Assembly (NCBI GenBank): GCA_947442625.1
Contig: CANEWJ010000001.1
Location: 2,506-66,505 of the forward strand
Direction: 5' to 3'
DNA: 64,000 bases
DNA from: Chitinophagaceae bacterium
GTDB lineage: Bacteria > Bacteroidota > Bacteroidia > Chitinophagales > Chitinophagaceae
Shown: positions 50,044-60,072 of the stretch, piece after piece
Numbering within the stretch: position 1 is the stretch's first letter
Layout of the letters: each line of letters opens with the position of its first letter
Translations under genes and position numbers: made by a program
The notes under the pieces: model-generated
The model's database searches: none
What the model saw: the letters and a program-made list of their open reading frames with translations, nothing else
Told to the model about the DNA's origin: nothing

Positions 50044-50153
50044 AATCTCCGCACAAATTGCGGCAAATAGGGTGAATAATCTCCGCAAAAATGCGGTGAA
50101 TAGGGAAAATAATCTCCGCAAATTTGTGGTGAATGGACGATTTAATCTCCGCA
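50044..50153. repeat. 33-34 bp imperfect tandem repeat (3 units plus a fourth head)
   Basis: AATCTCCGCA at 50044, 50078, 50111 and 50144; internal CCGCA-N5/6-TGCGG (TGTGG in unit 3). Confidence 0.85.
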
Positions 50154-50218
50154 TATCCGGCAACCTTTGGTTGAGGATAAGTTGGAATAGACATAATCAC
50201 TCATCAAATCACCTGATT

Positions 50219-52387
50219 TTATTGATCCTTCAACGCAAACGCCACATAGGCATCGCTGGATTTTCCTTCCCATTTTGAACCGCCGCAGGCAATGACGACA
50301 AATTGTTTTCCATTGACAGCATAGACGGATGGGGTGGCTACACCCGGAGCAGGGAGGTCAAGTTCGAGCAGAATTTTTCCTGTTCGTTTGTTGATGGCCC
50401 TGAATTTTCCATCGGCGGAGGCACCAATAAAAATTAGGCCACCGGCGGTTACCACCGGTCCACCATAGTTTTCGCGGCCGGTTGCGGGAATGCCTTTTGC
50501 TTTCAATGATTCAAATTCTCCCAAAGGTATTTTCCATTCGTGTTGACCCGTATTCATGTTGATGGCGGTGAGTGATCCCCAGGGTGGCTGAATGGCTGGG
50601 AATCCTTCAGGCGTTAAAAACTTGTTGTATCCTGTAAATCCATAGCCCTGTTTTGGCGCCACTGTATTTTTTGTTGCTGCTCCGGCGAATGGTTTTTGTT
50701 GTTCTTCTTTCAGGTTCAAGACAAATGCAGCAATGGCATTTTTTTCTTCGCTGCTCAGGCTGTTGTTGCCGGGCATCATTCGTCTTCCCGTAGTAATCAA
50801 CTGGATGAAAGATGCTGTTGTATATTTTTTCTCCACACCAATGATGGAAGGATAGTCGCCACCACCAAGCCTTTCAGGGCCATGGCAACCCATGCAGTGC
50901 TGGGTATAGAGTGTTGCACCCGCTTCAAAATTGGTTTTCACTTTTTTGGGATCAGGCTTGTTTTCAACCATGTTCAAGACCCAGCTCATTTCATTGGCAT
51001 TGACATAGAGGAGTTTTGTTTTCGGATCAAACGCAGGCCCACCCCATTCTGCACCACCATCGTATCCAGGTAAAATAATTGTTCCTTCAGTCGATGGAGG
51101 GTTGAACATTTTTCCTGAACGATAGCCCAGGAACCTTTTCTCAATAGTGCGGAAGCTGGAATCGCTGACCAACCTGTTCAAATCGGAATGGTTGAAGGCC
51201 TGCCTTACAATGGGTTTGGGCAAACGGGGCATGGGCTGTGTTGGCCAAAGCCTCTCGTTGTTGAGCGGACTCTGGTCAACAACCGGCACTTCGTCCACCG
51301 GGAAAAGGGGCTTTCCTGTTTCCCGCTCAAACAGGAAAACAAATCCGGTTTTGGTTGTTTGCGCCACCGCGTCAATGTTTTTGCCGTTGTGCTTGACTGT
51401 AATCAGTGCTGGTGCAGCTGGAAGGTCCATGTCCCAGACATCGTGGTGAACCGTTTGAAAATACCAGATCAGTTTTCCTGTGGCTGCATCAATGGCCAAG
51501 AGGCAGTTTCCATAGAGACCCTTTCCCAGCCTGTTGCCTCCATAAAAATCATTGGAAGGATTGCCTGTTGGGGCAAAAAGAATTCCCCTTTTTTCATCCA
51601 GGCTGAAACCCGCCCAGCTGTTGGTAGACCCCATGTGTTTGTAAGCCGTGCTGTCTTCCCAGGTTTCATGACCGGCTTCGCCGGGATATGGGATGGTATG
51701 AAAAATCCATTTTTGTTGACCTGTTTTCACGTCAAACGCACGGATATGGCCAGGGGTTTCATCACCCACCAGACCACTCAGGAAAAACAGGTTCTTGTAG
51801 ACCATGACCGGAGAGGTGGGCGCAACAAAGACTTTGGAAGAATCCCTGCCCAGCCCTGCGGCAAGGTTGATGCCGCCATTCCTTCCAAAACTGCTGATCA
51901 GCTTACCCGTGTTTGCATTCACTTCCAATGCCACCGGACCAACGGTATAAATGACGCGTTTGTCTTCGCCTTCAGCCCAATAGGCGACGCCACGGTTCAT
52001 GTTGACGCTGTTGCGGTGCCATGTTTTGTTGGCTACTGAATCTGCAGGATTGAATGTCCACAGTTCTTTTCCGGTGCGGGCATTGATGGCAAAGAGTTTC
52101 AATCTGGGTGATACGCCAAACATCACTGAGTCGATGATGATCGGATTGCATTCCATGGCACCAAAGCGGGTTTGGTCTTTGTTTTCAGCATGATAGACCC
52201 AGGCTATTTCCAGGTTCTGGATGTTGCTGGTGTCAATTTGTTTGATGGAAGAATAGTGTAGGTTTTCTTTTCCTCCACCTGTAACCTTCCAATCGGTATG
52301 GGTTTTGTGCAAGCCCGATCTGACGCAACCGAGCAACACAATGCAATTGAGCAGGGCAATAGAGAAATAATTTTTGGTCATGCCCAT
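50219..52387 (-). CDS. PQQ-dependent (quinoprotein glucose-type) dehydrogenase with embedded cytochrome c domain
   Basis: PQQ beta-propeller motifs (ECNPII, HHDVWDMD, GGAEWGG), CMGCH heme motif; start uncertain. Confidence 0.88.
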   Translation of the reverse strand: MGMTKNYFSIALLNCIVLLGCVRSGLHKTHTDWKVTGGGKENLHYSSIKQIDTSNIQNLEIAWVYHAENKDQTRFGAMECNPIIIDSVMFGVSPRLKLFAINARTGKELWTFNPADSVANKTWHRNSVNMNRGVAYWAEGEDKRVIYTVGPVALEVNANTGKLISSFGRNGGINLAAGLGRDSSKVFVAPTSPVMVYKNLFFLSGLVGDETPGHIRAFDVKTGQQKWIFHTIPYPGEAGHETWEDSTAYKHMGSTNSWAGFSLDEKRGILFAPTGNPSNDFYGGNRLGKGLYGNCLLAIDAATGKLIWYFQTVHHDVWDMDLPAAPALITVKHNGKNIDAVAQTTKTGFVFLFERETGKPLFPVDEVPVVDQSPLNNERLWPTQPMPRLPKPIVRQAFNHSDLNRLVSDSSFRTIEKRFLGYRSGKMFNPPSTEGTIILPGYDGGAEWGGPAFDPKTKLLYVNANEMSWVLNMVENKPDPKKVKTNFEAGATLYTQHCMGCHGPERLGGGDYPSIIGVEKKYTTASFIQLITTGRRMMPGNNSLSSEEKNAIAAFVLNLKEEQQKPFAGAATKNTVAPKQGYGFTGYNKFLTPEGFPAIQPPWGSLTAINMNTGQHEWKIPLGEFESLKAKGIPATGRENYGGPVVTAGGLIFIGASADGKFRAINKRTGKILLELDLPAPGVATPSVYAVNGKQFVVIACGGSKWEGKSSDAYVAFALKDQ

Positions 52388-52471
52388 GGGATGAGGGTTG
52401 TAGTCATCAAAAATAGAGATTATTGAGAGATGCCAAACGCGTAACTTTATAAAGATCAAATCAGCCTTTTC

Positions 52472-53275
52472 ATGAAATTGGTTTTCAGCTTTTGCATCAT
52501 TGCCCTGGTTTCATTTTCAGGGATCGGCGACCAACCGCTTGTCCTGAAAAACATCAAATCGAATTTCGTAAAAACACAGAAGGACTTGTACGTGTCGAAG
52601 TATGAGGTGTCCAACCTGGACTATCGCCTGTTTTTGGCTGATTTGTTGAGCAACAAAAAAACCGGCATCTACAACCACTGTTTTCCCGACACGTTGGTCT
52701 GGAAAACCAAGCCACAAAATGCAGCGCCATTGGTTGAGTTTTATTTTCGCCACCCCAGCTATGATCAATATCCTGTTGTTGGGGTGAGTTATGCCGCTGC
52801 GCTTCTATATTGCGATTGGCTCACTGAACAATACAATCAAGACCCCAAACGAAAGCACAAAAAAGTGCTCTTCAAATTGCCCAGCAAAGAAGAGTGGATT
52901 TTTGCAGCCAACAAAGGCGATACTTCAAAAATGTATACCTGGGGAACTGGTTTTATGCAAAACAACCGCAAGCAGTATTTGTGCAATTTCAAACATACCC
53001 GTTTTGTTTTTGACTCATCCACTCATAAGTACAATGAATTTAATGATGAGCAGCAGACCATCATCCTTTCCCCCATCAATGCATTTTATCCCAACTCATT
53101 TGGCTTGTACAACATGTGTGGAAATGTAGCAGAGATGATGGAAGAACAGGGCATCGCCAAAGGCGGAAGTTTTCAAGAACCCGCCTATCAAGTGCGCATC
53201 AGCAGCGAAAAATCCTATACCAAACCACAGGCCGATATTGGGTTTCGGGTGGTGATGAAGGTGATGGAGGATTGA
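52472..53275 (+). CDS. FGE-sulfatase (SUMF1/GldK-like) domain exported protein
   Basis: YEVSN, PVVGVS..A..YC.WL, LPS.EEW..AA, NSFGLYNMCGNVAE, GFR. Confidence 0.85.
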   Translation: MKLVFSFCIIALVSFSGIGDQPLVLKNIKSNFVKTQKDLYVSKYEVSNLDYRLFLADLLSNKKTGIYNHCFPDTLVWKTKPQNAAPLVEFYFRHPSYDQYPVVGVSYAAALLYCDWLTEQYNQDPKRKHKKVLFKLPSKEEWIFAANKGDTSKMYTWGTGFMQNNRKQYLCNFKHTRFVFDSSTHKYNEFNDEQQTIILSPINAFYPNSFGLYNMCGNVAEMMEEQGIAKGGSFQEPAYQVRISSEKSYTKPQADIGFRVVMKVMED

Positions 53276-53329
53276 TGGACAATCCGTAAAGCTTTGACTT
53301 AGTGATTAAATTATTTGATACAATACATC

Positions 53330-54268
53330 ATGGAAAACAAAAGACGACAATTTTTAAAAACCACCTCCATTGCTGCTGCTTCAGCAATGCTTCTGCCTTC
53401 AGCCATGAACGCAATGACAGCTGGTTCAAAAAAAATCCGCATCCTGATCTGGGATGAAAGGTCCGATGCCGAAAAAGAAGCCTATGACAACTTTCTGGGA
53501 AACTGCATAGCAGAACAGTTAAAAAAGAATCCGGCGTTTACGGTGGTCTCTTCAGGATTGAATGAACCTGAGCAAGGAATTTCAGAACGCCTACTCAACG
53601 AAACGGACGTGTTGATCTGGTGGGGTCATGTAAAGCAAGCAGAAATATCAACTGAAAAAGGGAAGGACATTATTGACAGAATCAAGGCTGGAAAATTATC
53701 GTTCATTGCATTGCATTCAGCGCATTGGGCAACACCCTTTGTTCAGGCCATGAATGAAATCACCAAAATCAGGATATTGGCAGACGGCTCCATAAAAGAG
53801 GAAGATGTCAAATTTGTTTCTCCGGCAAAACAGTATACCATCCCCAAATACGATACCCGCATCACGCCATATGTGATTGAGCGCAGGTTTCCTGACGGGC
53901 ATAAAACAGCAACCGTTCATCTTCCCATTTGTTGTTTCCCTTCTGTTCGAAACGATGGGAAACCCAGTGCTGTTAATGTATTGATGCCCAACCATCCCAT
54001 CATGAAGGGATTGCCAAAGAACTTCAAGATACCACAGACTGAAATGTATGACGAACCATTTCATGTGCCCGAACCAGATCAAATTCTGTTTGAAGAAACC
54101 TGGGAAAAAGGAGAATGGTTCAGGTCAGGAATGCTCTGGAACCTTGGGAAAGGAAAAGTTTTTTACTTCCGGCCAGGACATGAAACATTTCCCGTGTTCA
54201 AAGAGGAAAAAGTCATTCTGATTTTGTCGAATGCAGCGAAGTGGATGGCTTCAGGTGCAAAGCAATAA
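53330..54268 (+). CDS. Tat-exported ThuA-like domain protein
   Basis: KRRQFL signal, DVLIWWGH, LHSAH, EMYDEPF, FYFRPGHE. Confidence 0.85.
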   Translation: MENKRRQFLKTTSIAAASAMLLPSAMNAMTAGSKKIRILIWDERSDAEKEAYDNFLGNCIAEQLKKNPAFTVVSSGLNEPEQGISERLLNETDVLIWWGHVKQAEISTEKGKDIIDRIKAGKLSFIALHSAHWATPFVQAMNEITKIRILADGSIKEEDVKFVSPAKQYTIPKYDTRITPYVIERRFPDGHKTATVHLPICCFPSVRNDGKPSAVNVLMPNHPIMKGLPKNFKIPQTEMYDEPFHVPEPDQILFEETWEKGEWFRSGMLWNLGKGKVFYFRPGHETFPVFKEEKVILILSNAAKWMASGAKQ

Positions 54269-54509
54269 TGCGTTTGATGTAGACCAACTGCTCTAAGAAC
54301 TCAGGGGGCCCAGATAGGTAGTAACGCTGCGGGGGTAGGATTACAGCCAAACCCGGAAGTTGAGCTGTACTTTTAATACAAAAACTGGGTGAACTGGCTT
54401 TTTAAAAACTAAATGCTCCTTTTATTGTTGTTAAACTTTTCAAGTGATTTTGTCAACCTACGCGTCTGACACTTGTATTTCTTCATCACCCCAACTTAAA
54501 CAAACAATA

Positions 54510-55616
54510 ATGCAACCTGGCTTTGCCTCCGATTATACAACCATTCTTGAGCGCATTGATGCCATCGATCCGCTGAAGTACGGCAAAACCAGGAATTTTG
54601 TGGATGGCGATGTCAGTTATCTATCTCCTTATATATCCCGGGGTGTGATTAGCACGAAACAGGTGCTTGACCATGTGATGGCGAAGGGCTATACCATTTT
54701 GAAAATCGAATCTTTTGTGAAAGAGCTTTGCTGGAGGGATTATTTTCAGCGGGTGGGGCAGGTGAAAAACCTGAGCGAAGACATCAAGCATCCGCAGGAG
54801 CCGGTAAAAAACCACGAAATACCTTCTGCCATCCTCGCGGCCAGTACCGGTATTGAGGGAATTGATACTGCCATCAGCCAGCTCTATGAAACGGGCTACA
54901 TGCACAACCATTGCAGGATGTATACCGCATCCGTAGTTTGCAACATCGCCCAGTCGCATTGGTTGCATCCTGCCCGCTGGATGTACTATCACCTGTTGGA
55001 TGGAGACTGGGCAAGCAATGCCTGCAGCTGGCAATGGGTGGCCGGTGCCAATAGTTCGAAAAAATATTATGCCAACCAGGAGAATATCAACAAGTACACC
55101 CATACCCGCCAGTTCAACACCTTTTTAGATAAACCTTATGAGTGGTTTGAATCGCCAGACTGTCCGAAACATTTGATGGACAATCAAGAAGCATCTTTGA
55201 AAACAATCCTGCCTGAGGCAGCACCCCTTCAGGTAGACCAACAACTCCCGACCTTTGTTTACAATTATTATAACCTGGATCCGCTCTGGCATGCAGGCGA
55301 AGAAGGCAACCGCATCTTGTTGCTGGAGCCGGAATTTTTTAACAACTATCCGGTGAGCGAACGCTGCATGGACTTTATGCTGGCCCTGAGCAAGAACATC
55401 CAGAATATTCAGGTTTATGTGGGAGCCTTTGAGCAGCTTTGCCATCAACAAGGCCTCAAAGACATTTACTATAAGGAGAATCCCTTGAACATTGGGTATA
55501 AAGGGATAGAAGATTCCAGGGATTGGATGGCCAGCCAGCTAACAGGTTACTTTCCATCGTTTTTTGCCTATTGGAAAAAAATAGAAAAACTGTTGTACCA
55601 GCGATACCGCAAGTAA
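54510..55616 (+). CDS. Photolyase FAD-binding domain protein with C-terminal extension
   Basis: LSPYISRG, ELCWRDY, GYMHNHCRM, DGDWASN..WQWVAG. Confidence 0.82.
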   Translation: MQPGFASDYTTILERIDAIDPLKYGKTRNFVDGDVSYLSPYISRGVISTKQVLDHVMAKGYTILKIESFVKELCWRDYFQRVGQVKNLSEDIKHPQEPVKNHEIPSAILAASTGIEGIDTAISQLYETGYMHNHCRMYTASVVCNIAQSHWLHPARWMYYHLLDGDWASNACSWQWVAGANSSKKYYANQENINKYTHTRQFNTFLDKPYEWFESPDCPKHLMDNQEASLKTILPEAAPLQVDQQLPTFVYNYYNLDPLWHAGEEGNRILLLEPEFFNNYPVSERCMDFMLALSKNIQNIQVYVGAFEQLCHQQGLKDIYYKENPLNIGYKGIEDSRDWMASQLTGYFPSFFAYWKKIEKLLYQRYRK

Positions 55617-57125
55617 ATGAGCAACAGTAAACCCGGAAAACAAGCCATTGCCATTGTTTGGTTTAAGCGTGATTTGCGGCTCACAGACCACGAACCACTT
55701 GCCTTGGCCCAAGCACAGGGTTTGCCCATTTTACTGGTTTATTGCTTTGAACCTTCGGTGATGCACAACGATGACAGCGATGTTCGTCACTGGCGTTTTG
55801 TTTACCAGTCCCTGCAAGACATGCAATCAAAACTGGATGGTATCAACACGCGCATCCATGTTTTTCATCAGGAAGTGCTGGCTGTTTTTGAAACGCTTCA
55901 GCAGCAGTATGCCATCAAGGCAATTTTTTCGCACCAGGAAATCGGAAATAAAATTACTTACGACAGAGACCTTGCCGTAAAGCAATTTTGTTCCAACCAT
56001 GATATTGCTTGGACGGAATCCCGACACAATGGGGTGATTAGAAAACTGAAGTCCAGAAAAGAATGGCAACAGCGTTGGAAAGAAACCATGTTGCAGCCAG
56101 CCAACACAATTGACCTGCAACAGCTTAATACTTTGTTGCTGGATTCAAATTTCTACGACAGTATCAAGGGCTCTGAACTTGATGCGGCAATCAGCACACC
56201 AAATGCTTCGTTTCAACAGGGTGGTGAAACCCTTGCCTGGAAATACCTGAAGAGTTTCTTGACGGAGCGATACGTCAACTATTCAAAATACATTTCTAAG
56301 CCTGCACTGAGCAGGAAAGGATGCAGCAGGATTTCGCCTTACCTCAGTTACGGCAACATCAGCATGCGAATGGTCTTTCAATATACAGCCCAACACTATG
56401 CGCTGGCCAGCAACAAAAGGGCCCTTTCAAATTTCATCTCGCGCCTGCACTGGCATTGTCATTTCATGCAAAAATTTGAAGACGAGTGCCGGATGGAATT
56501 TGAGAACATCAATGCTGCTTACGATAATGTTGTCAAACCCAGGAACGAAGGGTATATCAGGGCCTGGCAGGAAGGCAATACGGGTGTTCCGCTTGTAGAT
56601 GCCTGCATGCGTTGCTTGGTTGAAACAGGCTATATCAATTTTAGGATGAGGGCCATGGTGGTTTCTTTTTTTGTGTTCAATCTCTGGCAAGACTGGAGAG
56701 AGCTTCATTTCTTGGCAAGACAGTTTTTGGATTACGAACCCGGTATTCATTATCCCCAGTTGCAGATGCAGTCGGGTGTTACAGGCATCAATACCATTCG
56801 CATCTACAACCCGATCAAAAATTCAGAAGACCATGATGCGGAAGGACTGTTCATCAAACAATGGATTCCTGCCTTGAAAAATGTTCCTCCCGCGCTCATA
56901 CACGAGCCATGGAAAATGAGTGCAATGGAACAGGATTTTTACCAGGTTGTGATTGGCAAAGACTATCCCAGCCCCATCGTAGACATTGAGGCCACCAGAA
57001 AAGCAGCCAGCGATGTTGTCTGGGGTTTCAAAAAAACACCAGCGGTCAAATTGGAAGGCAACAGGATTTTAAGCAAGCATGTCAATACCTCCGGCAGGAG
57101 CGCTTCAAAACGCAAAACAAAATAG
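55617..57125 (+). CDS. Cryptochrome/photolyase family protein (full length)
   Basis: [40 protein letters not shown]. Confidence 0.9.
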   Translation: MSNSKPGKQAIAIVWFKRDLRLTDHEPLALAQAQGLPILLVYCFEPSVMHNDDSDVRHWRFVYQSLQDMQSKLDGINTRIHVFHQEVLAVFETLQQQYAIKAIFSHQEIGNKITYDRDLAVKQFCSNHDIAWTESRHNGVIRKLKSRKEWQQRWKETMLQPANTIDLQQLNTLLLDSNFYDSIKGSELDAAISTPNASFQQGGETLAWKYLKSFLTERYVNYSKYISKPALSRKGCSRISPYLSYGNISMRMVFQYTAQHYALASNKRALSNFISRLHWHCHFMQKFEDECRMEFENINAAYDNVVKPRNEGYIRAWQEGNTGVPLVDACMRCLVETGYINFRMRAMVVSFFVFNLWQDWRELHFLARQFLDYEPGIHYPQLQMQSGVTGINTIRIYNPIKNSEDHDAEGLFIKQWIPALKNVPPALIHEPWKMSAMEQDFYQVVIGKDYPSPIVDIEATRKAASDVVWGFKKTPAVKLEGNRILSKHVNTSGRSASKRKTK

Positions 57126-57181
57126 CGCTGAGGGCAACCATTTGTAGTTCTATCTGTTGGGTAATGCCAACAAGATCTGAC

Positions 57182-58654
57182 ATGAGGACATGCATTCTCT
57201 TTCCGCACCAACTTTTTGAGCAAAATATTCTGGTAGAAAAATCCGATACCATTTACCTGGTTGAAGAATGGCTTTTTTTCAAACAATATAACTTTCACCA
57301 ACAGAAAATTTTCTTTCATCGCGCCAGCATGAAAACCTACCAAAGCCATTTGCTTGCGCTCAACATCAATGTTGAGTACATCGATGCTTTCAATCCTTTA
57401 TCTGATATCAGGAAACTGGTTCCCCATCTGAAATCCATTGGCATTGACAGTTTTGAATACATCGACACAACCGATCAATGGCTGGAACAGCGTATCAATA
57501 AGACTTGCGCGCAACATGGTGTTGCCGTCCGCAAAAATAACTCCCCTCTTTTTGTATTGACGTCTGAAGAAAATGCCAAATATTTCTCAGGCAGGAAAAG
57601 AATGTTTCAAACAGATTTTTACAAGCACCATCGTCAGCAAAGAAATATTTTGATGGATGCTGACAAAATTCCAATGGGTGGGAAATGGACTTTTGATGAC
57701 GAAAACCGTTTGAAATATCCCAAGGGAAAAACACCTCCAGCCATTCAATTCTCAACATCCAGCCCACTTCACGAAGAGGCTGCTCAATATGTCCGCCAAT
57801 ATTTTCCGGATAATTATGGAAGCGTCAATCTGCAGTTCATTTACCCAACCAATTTTAGAGACAGCAAGCAATGGCTGAAAACATTCTTCGCTACCCGCTT
57901 TGCTGAATTTGGGGCCTACGAAGATGCGATTGTCACAAAAGAAATATTTCTTCATCACGGGGTATTGACGCCCATGCTCAATATTGGCTTGTTAACGCCT
58001 GCATACGTTATTGATGAAGCACTGTCTTATGCCAAGGAAAACGATATTCCCATCAATTCACTGGAGGGTTTCATCCGGCAAATCCTTGGTTGGAGAGAAT
58101 TTATACGTGCGGTATATGAATTAAAAGGCAGTGAAGAAAGGACCCGCAACTATTGGGGCTTTACCCGAAAAATTCCTGCATCTTTTTGGAAGGGTACCAC
58201 TGGCATTGAGCCGATTGACAGCACCATCAAAAAGATTTTGGAGACGGGCTATTGCCATCACATTGAAAGGCTGATGGTCTTGGGGAATTTTATGTTGCTC
58301 TGTGAATTTGATCCCAACGAAGTCTATCGCTGGTTCATGGAAATGTTCATTGATGCTTACGACTGGGTGATGGTTCCCAATGTGTATGGCATGAGCCAGT
58401 TTGCGGATGGCGGTTTGATGTCAACAAAACCCTATATCAGTGGCAGCAATTACCTGATGAAAATGAGCGACTATCCCAAGGGCGATTGGCAAGCCGTTTG
58501 GGACGGACTGTTCTGGCGTTTTATGCATGTACACCGCGATTTCTTTTTGCAAAATCCCCGTCTGGGCATGCTCATCAAGACCTTTGATAAAATGCCGGAG
58601 CAAAAAAGACAATTGCACCTGGACAAGGCGGATCGGTATTTGGATGCATTGTAA
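57182..58654 (+). CDS. Bacterial (6-4) photolyase/CryPro (PhrB-like) family protein
   Basis: LFPHQL, GGKWTFDDENR, QILGWREF, HHIERLM, DAYDWV..PNV.GM, KPYISGSNY. Confidence 0.88.
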   Translation: MRTCILFPHQLFEQNILVEKSDTIYLVEEWLFFKQYNFHQQKIFFHRASMKTYQSHLLALNINVEYIDAFNPLSDIRKLVPHLKSIGIDSFEYIDTTDQWLEQRINKTCAQHGVAVRKNNSPLFVLTSEENAKYFSGRKRMFQTDFYKHHRQQRNILMDADKIPMGGKWTFDDENRLKYPKGKTPPAIQFSTSSPLHEEAAQYVRQYFPDNYGSVNLQFIYPTNFRDSKQWLKTFFATRFAEFGAYEDAIVTKEIFLHHGVLTPMLNIGLLTPAYVIDEALSYAKENDIPINSLEGFIRQILGWREFIRAVYELKGSEERTRNYWGFTRKIPASFWKGTTGIEPIDSTIKKILETGYCHHIERLMVLGNFMLLCEFDPNEVYRWFMEMFIDAYDWVMVPNVYGMSQFADGGLMSTKPYISGSNYLMKMSDYPKGDWQAVWDGLFWRFMHVHRDFFLQNPRLGMLIKTFDKMPEQKRQLHLDKADRYLDAL

Positions 58655-58744
58655 ACATGTCTATGCAATAAGGCGATTGTTCAGTTTGCAGGATCTAAGA
58701 TGCAAGCAATTATTTCATTAGCTTTATTGGGATAAATGTTTGCT

Positions 58745-59986
58745 ATGAAAAAAATCATTTCTTTTATTCTTGCCACTTTAATCTGCCTTGCACAAGCAAG
58801 TGCACAGCAGATCGCTTCTTTCAACATCAAATTAGACAAGACAAACAATCTTGTTGGCGTGCCCATGAGCATCAACCTTGATGAGCTCAGTTATGTTGCA
58901 GATTCTGCTTTGGCACTCTTTGAGGTGCAAGGAAATAAACACGTTCCCATTCCTTTCCAGATCAGGCAGGAAGGCCATCGGGGCATGCACTGGCTGATCA
59001 ATCCCATGGGGAAAACGGAGTTTAGCTATGTGCTTGCGCATGCCGTTCCGTCCCCGTTTAATAACATCAAAGCAAGCAAAACAGCGACTGATATCACTTT
59101 CAACGCTGGCAATAAAAATCTCTTGCGTTACAATGATGCAACGGTCTATCCTCCTGCAAAAATTGATACGGCTTTCAAGCGCAGTGGCTTTATCCATCCA
59201 CTCTGGACGCCGCATGGACAGGAGCTTACAAGGATTCAGGCACCTGATCATTACCATCACTATGGCATCTGGAACCCCTGGACCCATGTGGCCTTTGAAA
59301 AGGATACAGTGGATTTTTGGAACCTTAAATCCAAACAAGGAACCGTGCGTTTTGCGAAGCTGGTTTCCAAAACGGAAGGGCCTGTTTTTTCTGAAATCAA
59401 GGCCTTGCATGAGCATGTTGTTTTCAAGAAAGGTGGTGGCGAAAAAGTGGCGCTCAATGAACTGGAAACCATCAGGGTCTATCAACCCGAGAAGGACAAG
59501 GATTATTATATTGTTGACATCACTTCAGAAATGAACTGTGCTACCGAAAGTCCGTTTCATATTCTTGAATACCGCTACGCCGGCATGGGATGGAGAACCA
59601 CGGAGTACTGGAACAATACCAATTGTGAAGTGCTGACTTCTGAAGGTAAGACCAGAAAAGATACCGACGGCACGAGAGCCAAATGGTGCATTGTGCAAGG
59701 CGAATTGCCTGGCAATGATTATGGCGGCGCCGCCTTTTTGGCCTACCCCACGAACTACAATTTTCCCGAGCCCATGCGCATCTGGACCCTGAACACCAAT
59801 GGCAGAGGCGACATGTTTTTCAGTTTCGCTCCCACAAAAGACAGGAACTGGTTGCTGGAGCCCGGAAAAACCTATGTCCTGAAATACAGGCTGGTGGTGT
59901 TCAATGGAAAGTTTGACCAGGCCAGGGCCGAAAGTGCTTGGCAGGGTTTTGCGCATCCTCCACAAATAACCATCAACAAAAAATAA
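58745..59986 (+). CDS. DUF6807/PmoA-like exported protein
   Basis: Signal peptide; RSGFIHPL.TP.G, PDHYHHYGIW. Confidence 0.75.
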   Translation: MKKIISFILATLICLAQASAQQIASFNIKLDKTNNLVGVPMSINLDELSYVADSALALFEVQGNKHVPIPFQIRQEGHRGMHWLINPMGKTEFSYVLAHAVPSPFNNIKASKTATDITFNAGNKNLLRYNDATVYPPAKIDTAFKRSGFIHPLWTPHGQELTRIQAPDHYHHYGIWNPWTHVAFEKDTVDFWNLKSKQGTVRFAKLVSKTEGPVFSEIKALHEHVVFKKGGGEKVALNELETIRVYQPEKDKDYYIVDITSEMNCATESPFHILEYRYAGMGWRTTEYWNNTNCEVLTSEGKTRKDTDGTRAKWCIVQGELPGNDYGGAAFLAYPTNYNFPEPMRIWTLNTNGRGDMFFSFAPTKDRNWLLEPGKTYVLKYRLVVFNGKFDQARAESAWQGFAHPPQITINKK

Positions 59987-60072
59987 AACAATCATTGCGC
60001 AAGCGAAAAAAGAAAGTAAATTAGAGGAACAGTTCCTGTTTATCATTGCCCACCCAAAACAATAGCATTGCC

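Noticed and set aside
50044-50153. Possible mini-CRISPR array
   Set aside because: The constant part is only 10 nt, the intervening sequences are homologous to each other, and no cas genes are present
54270-54440. Spacer upstream of the photolyases as a riboswitch or gene remnant
   Set aside because: No known riboswitch motif or recognisable peptide found
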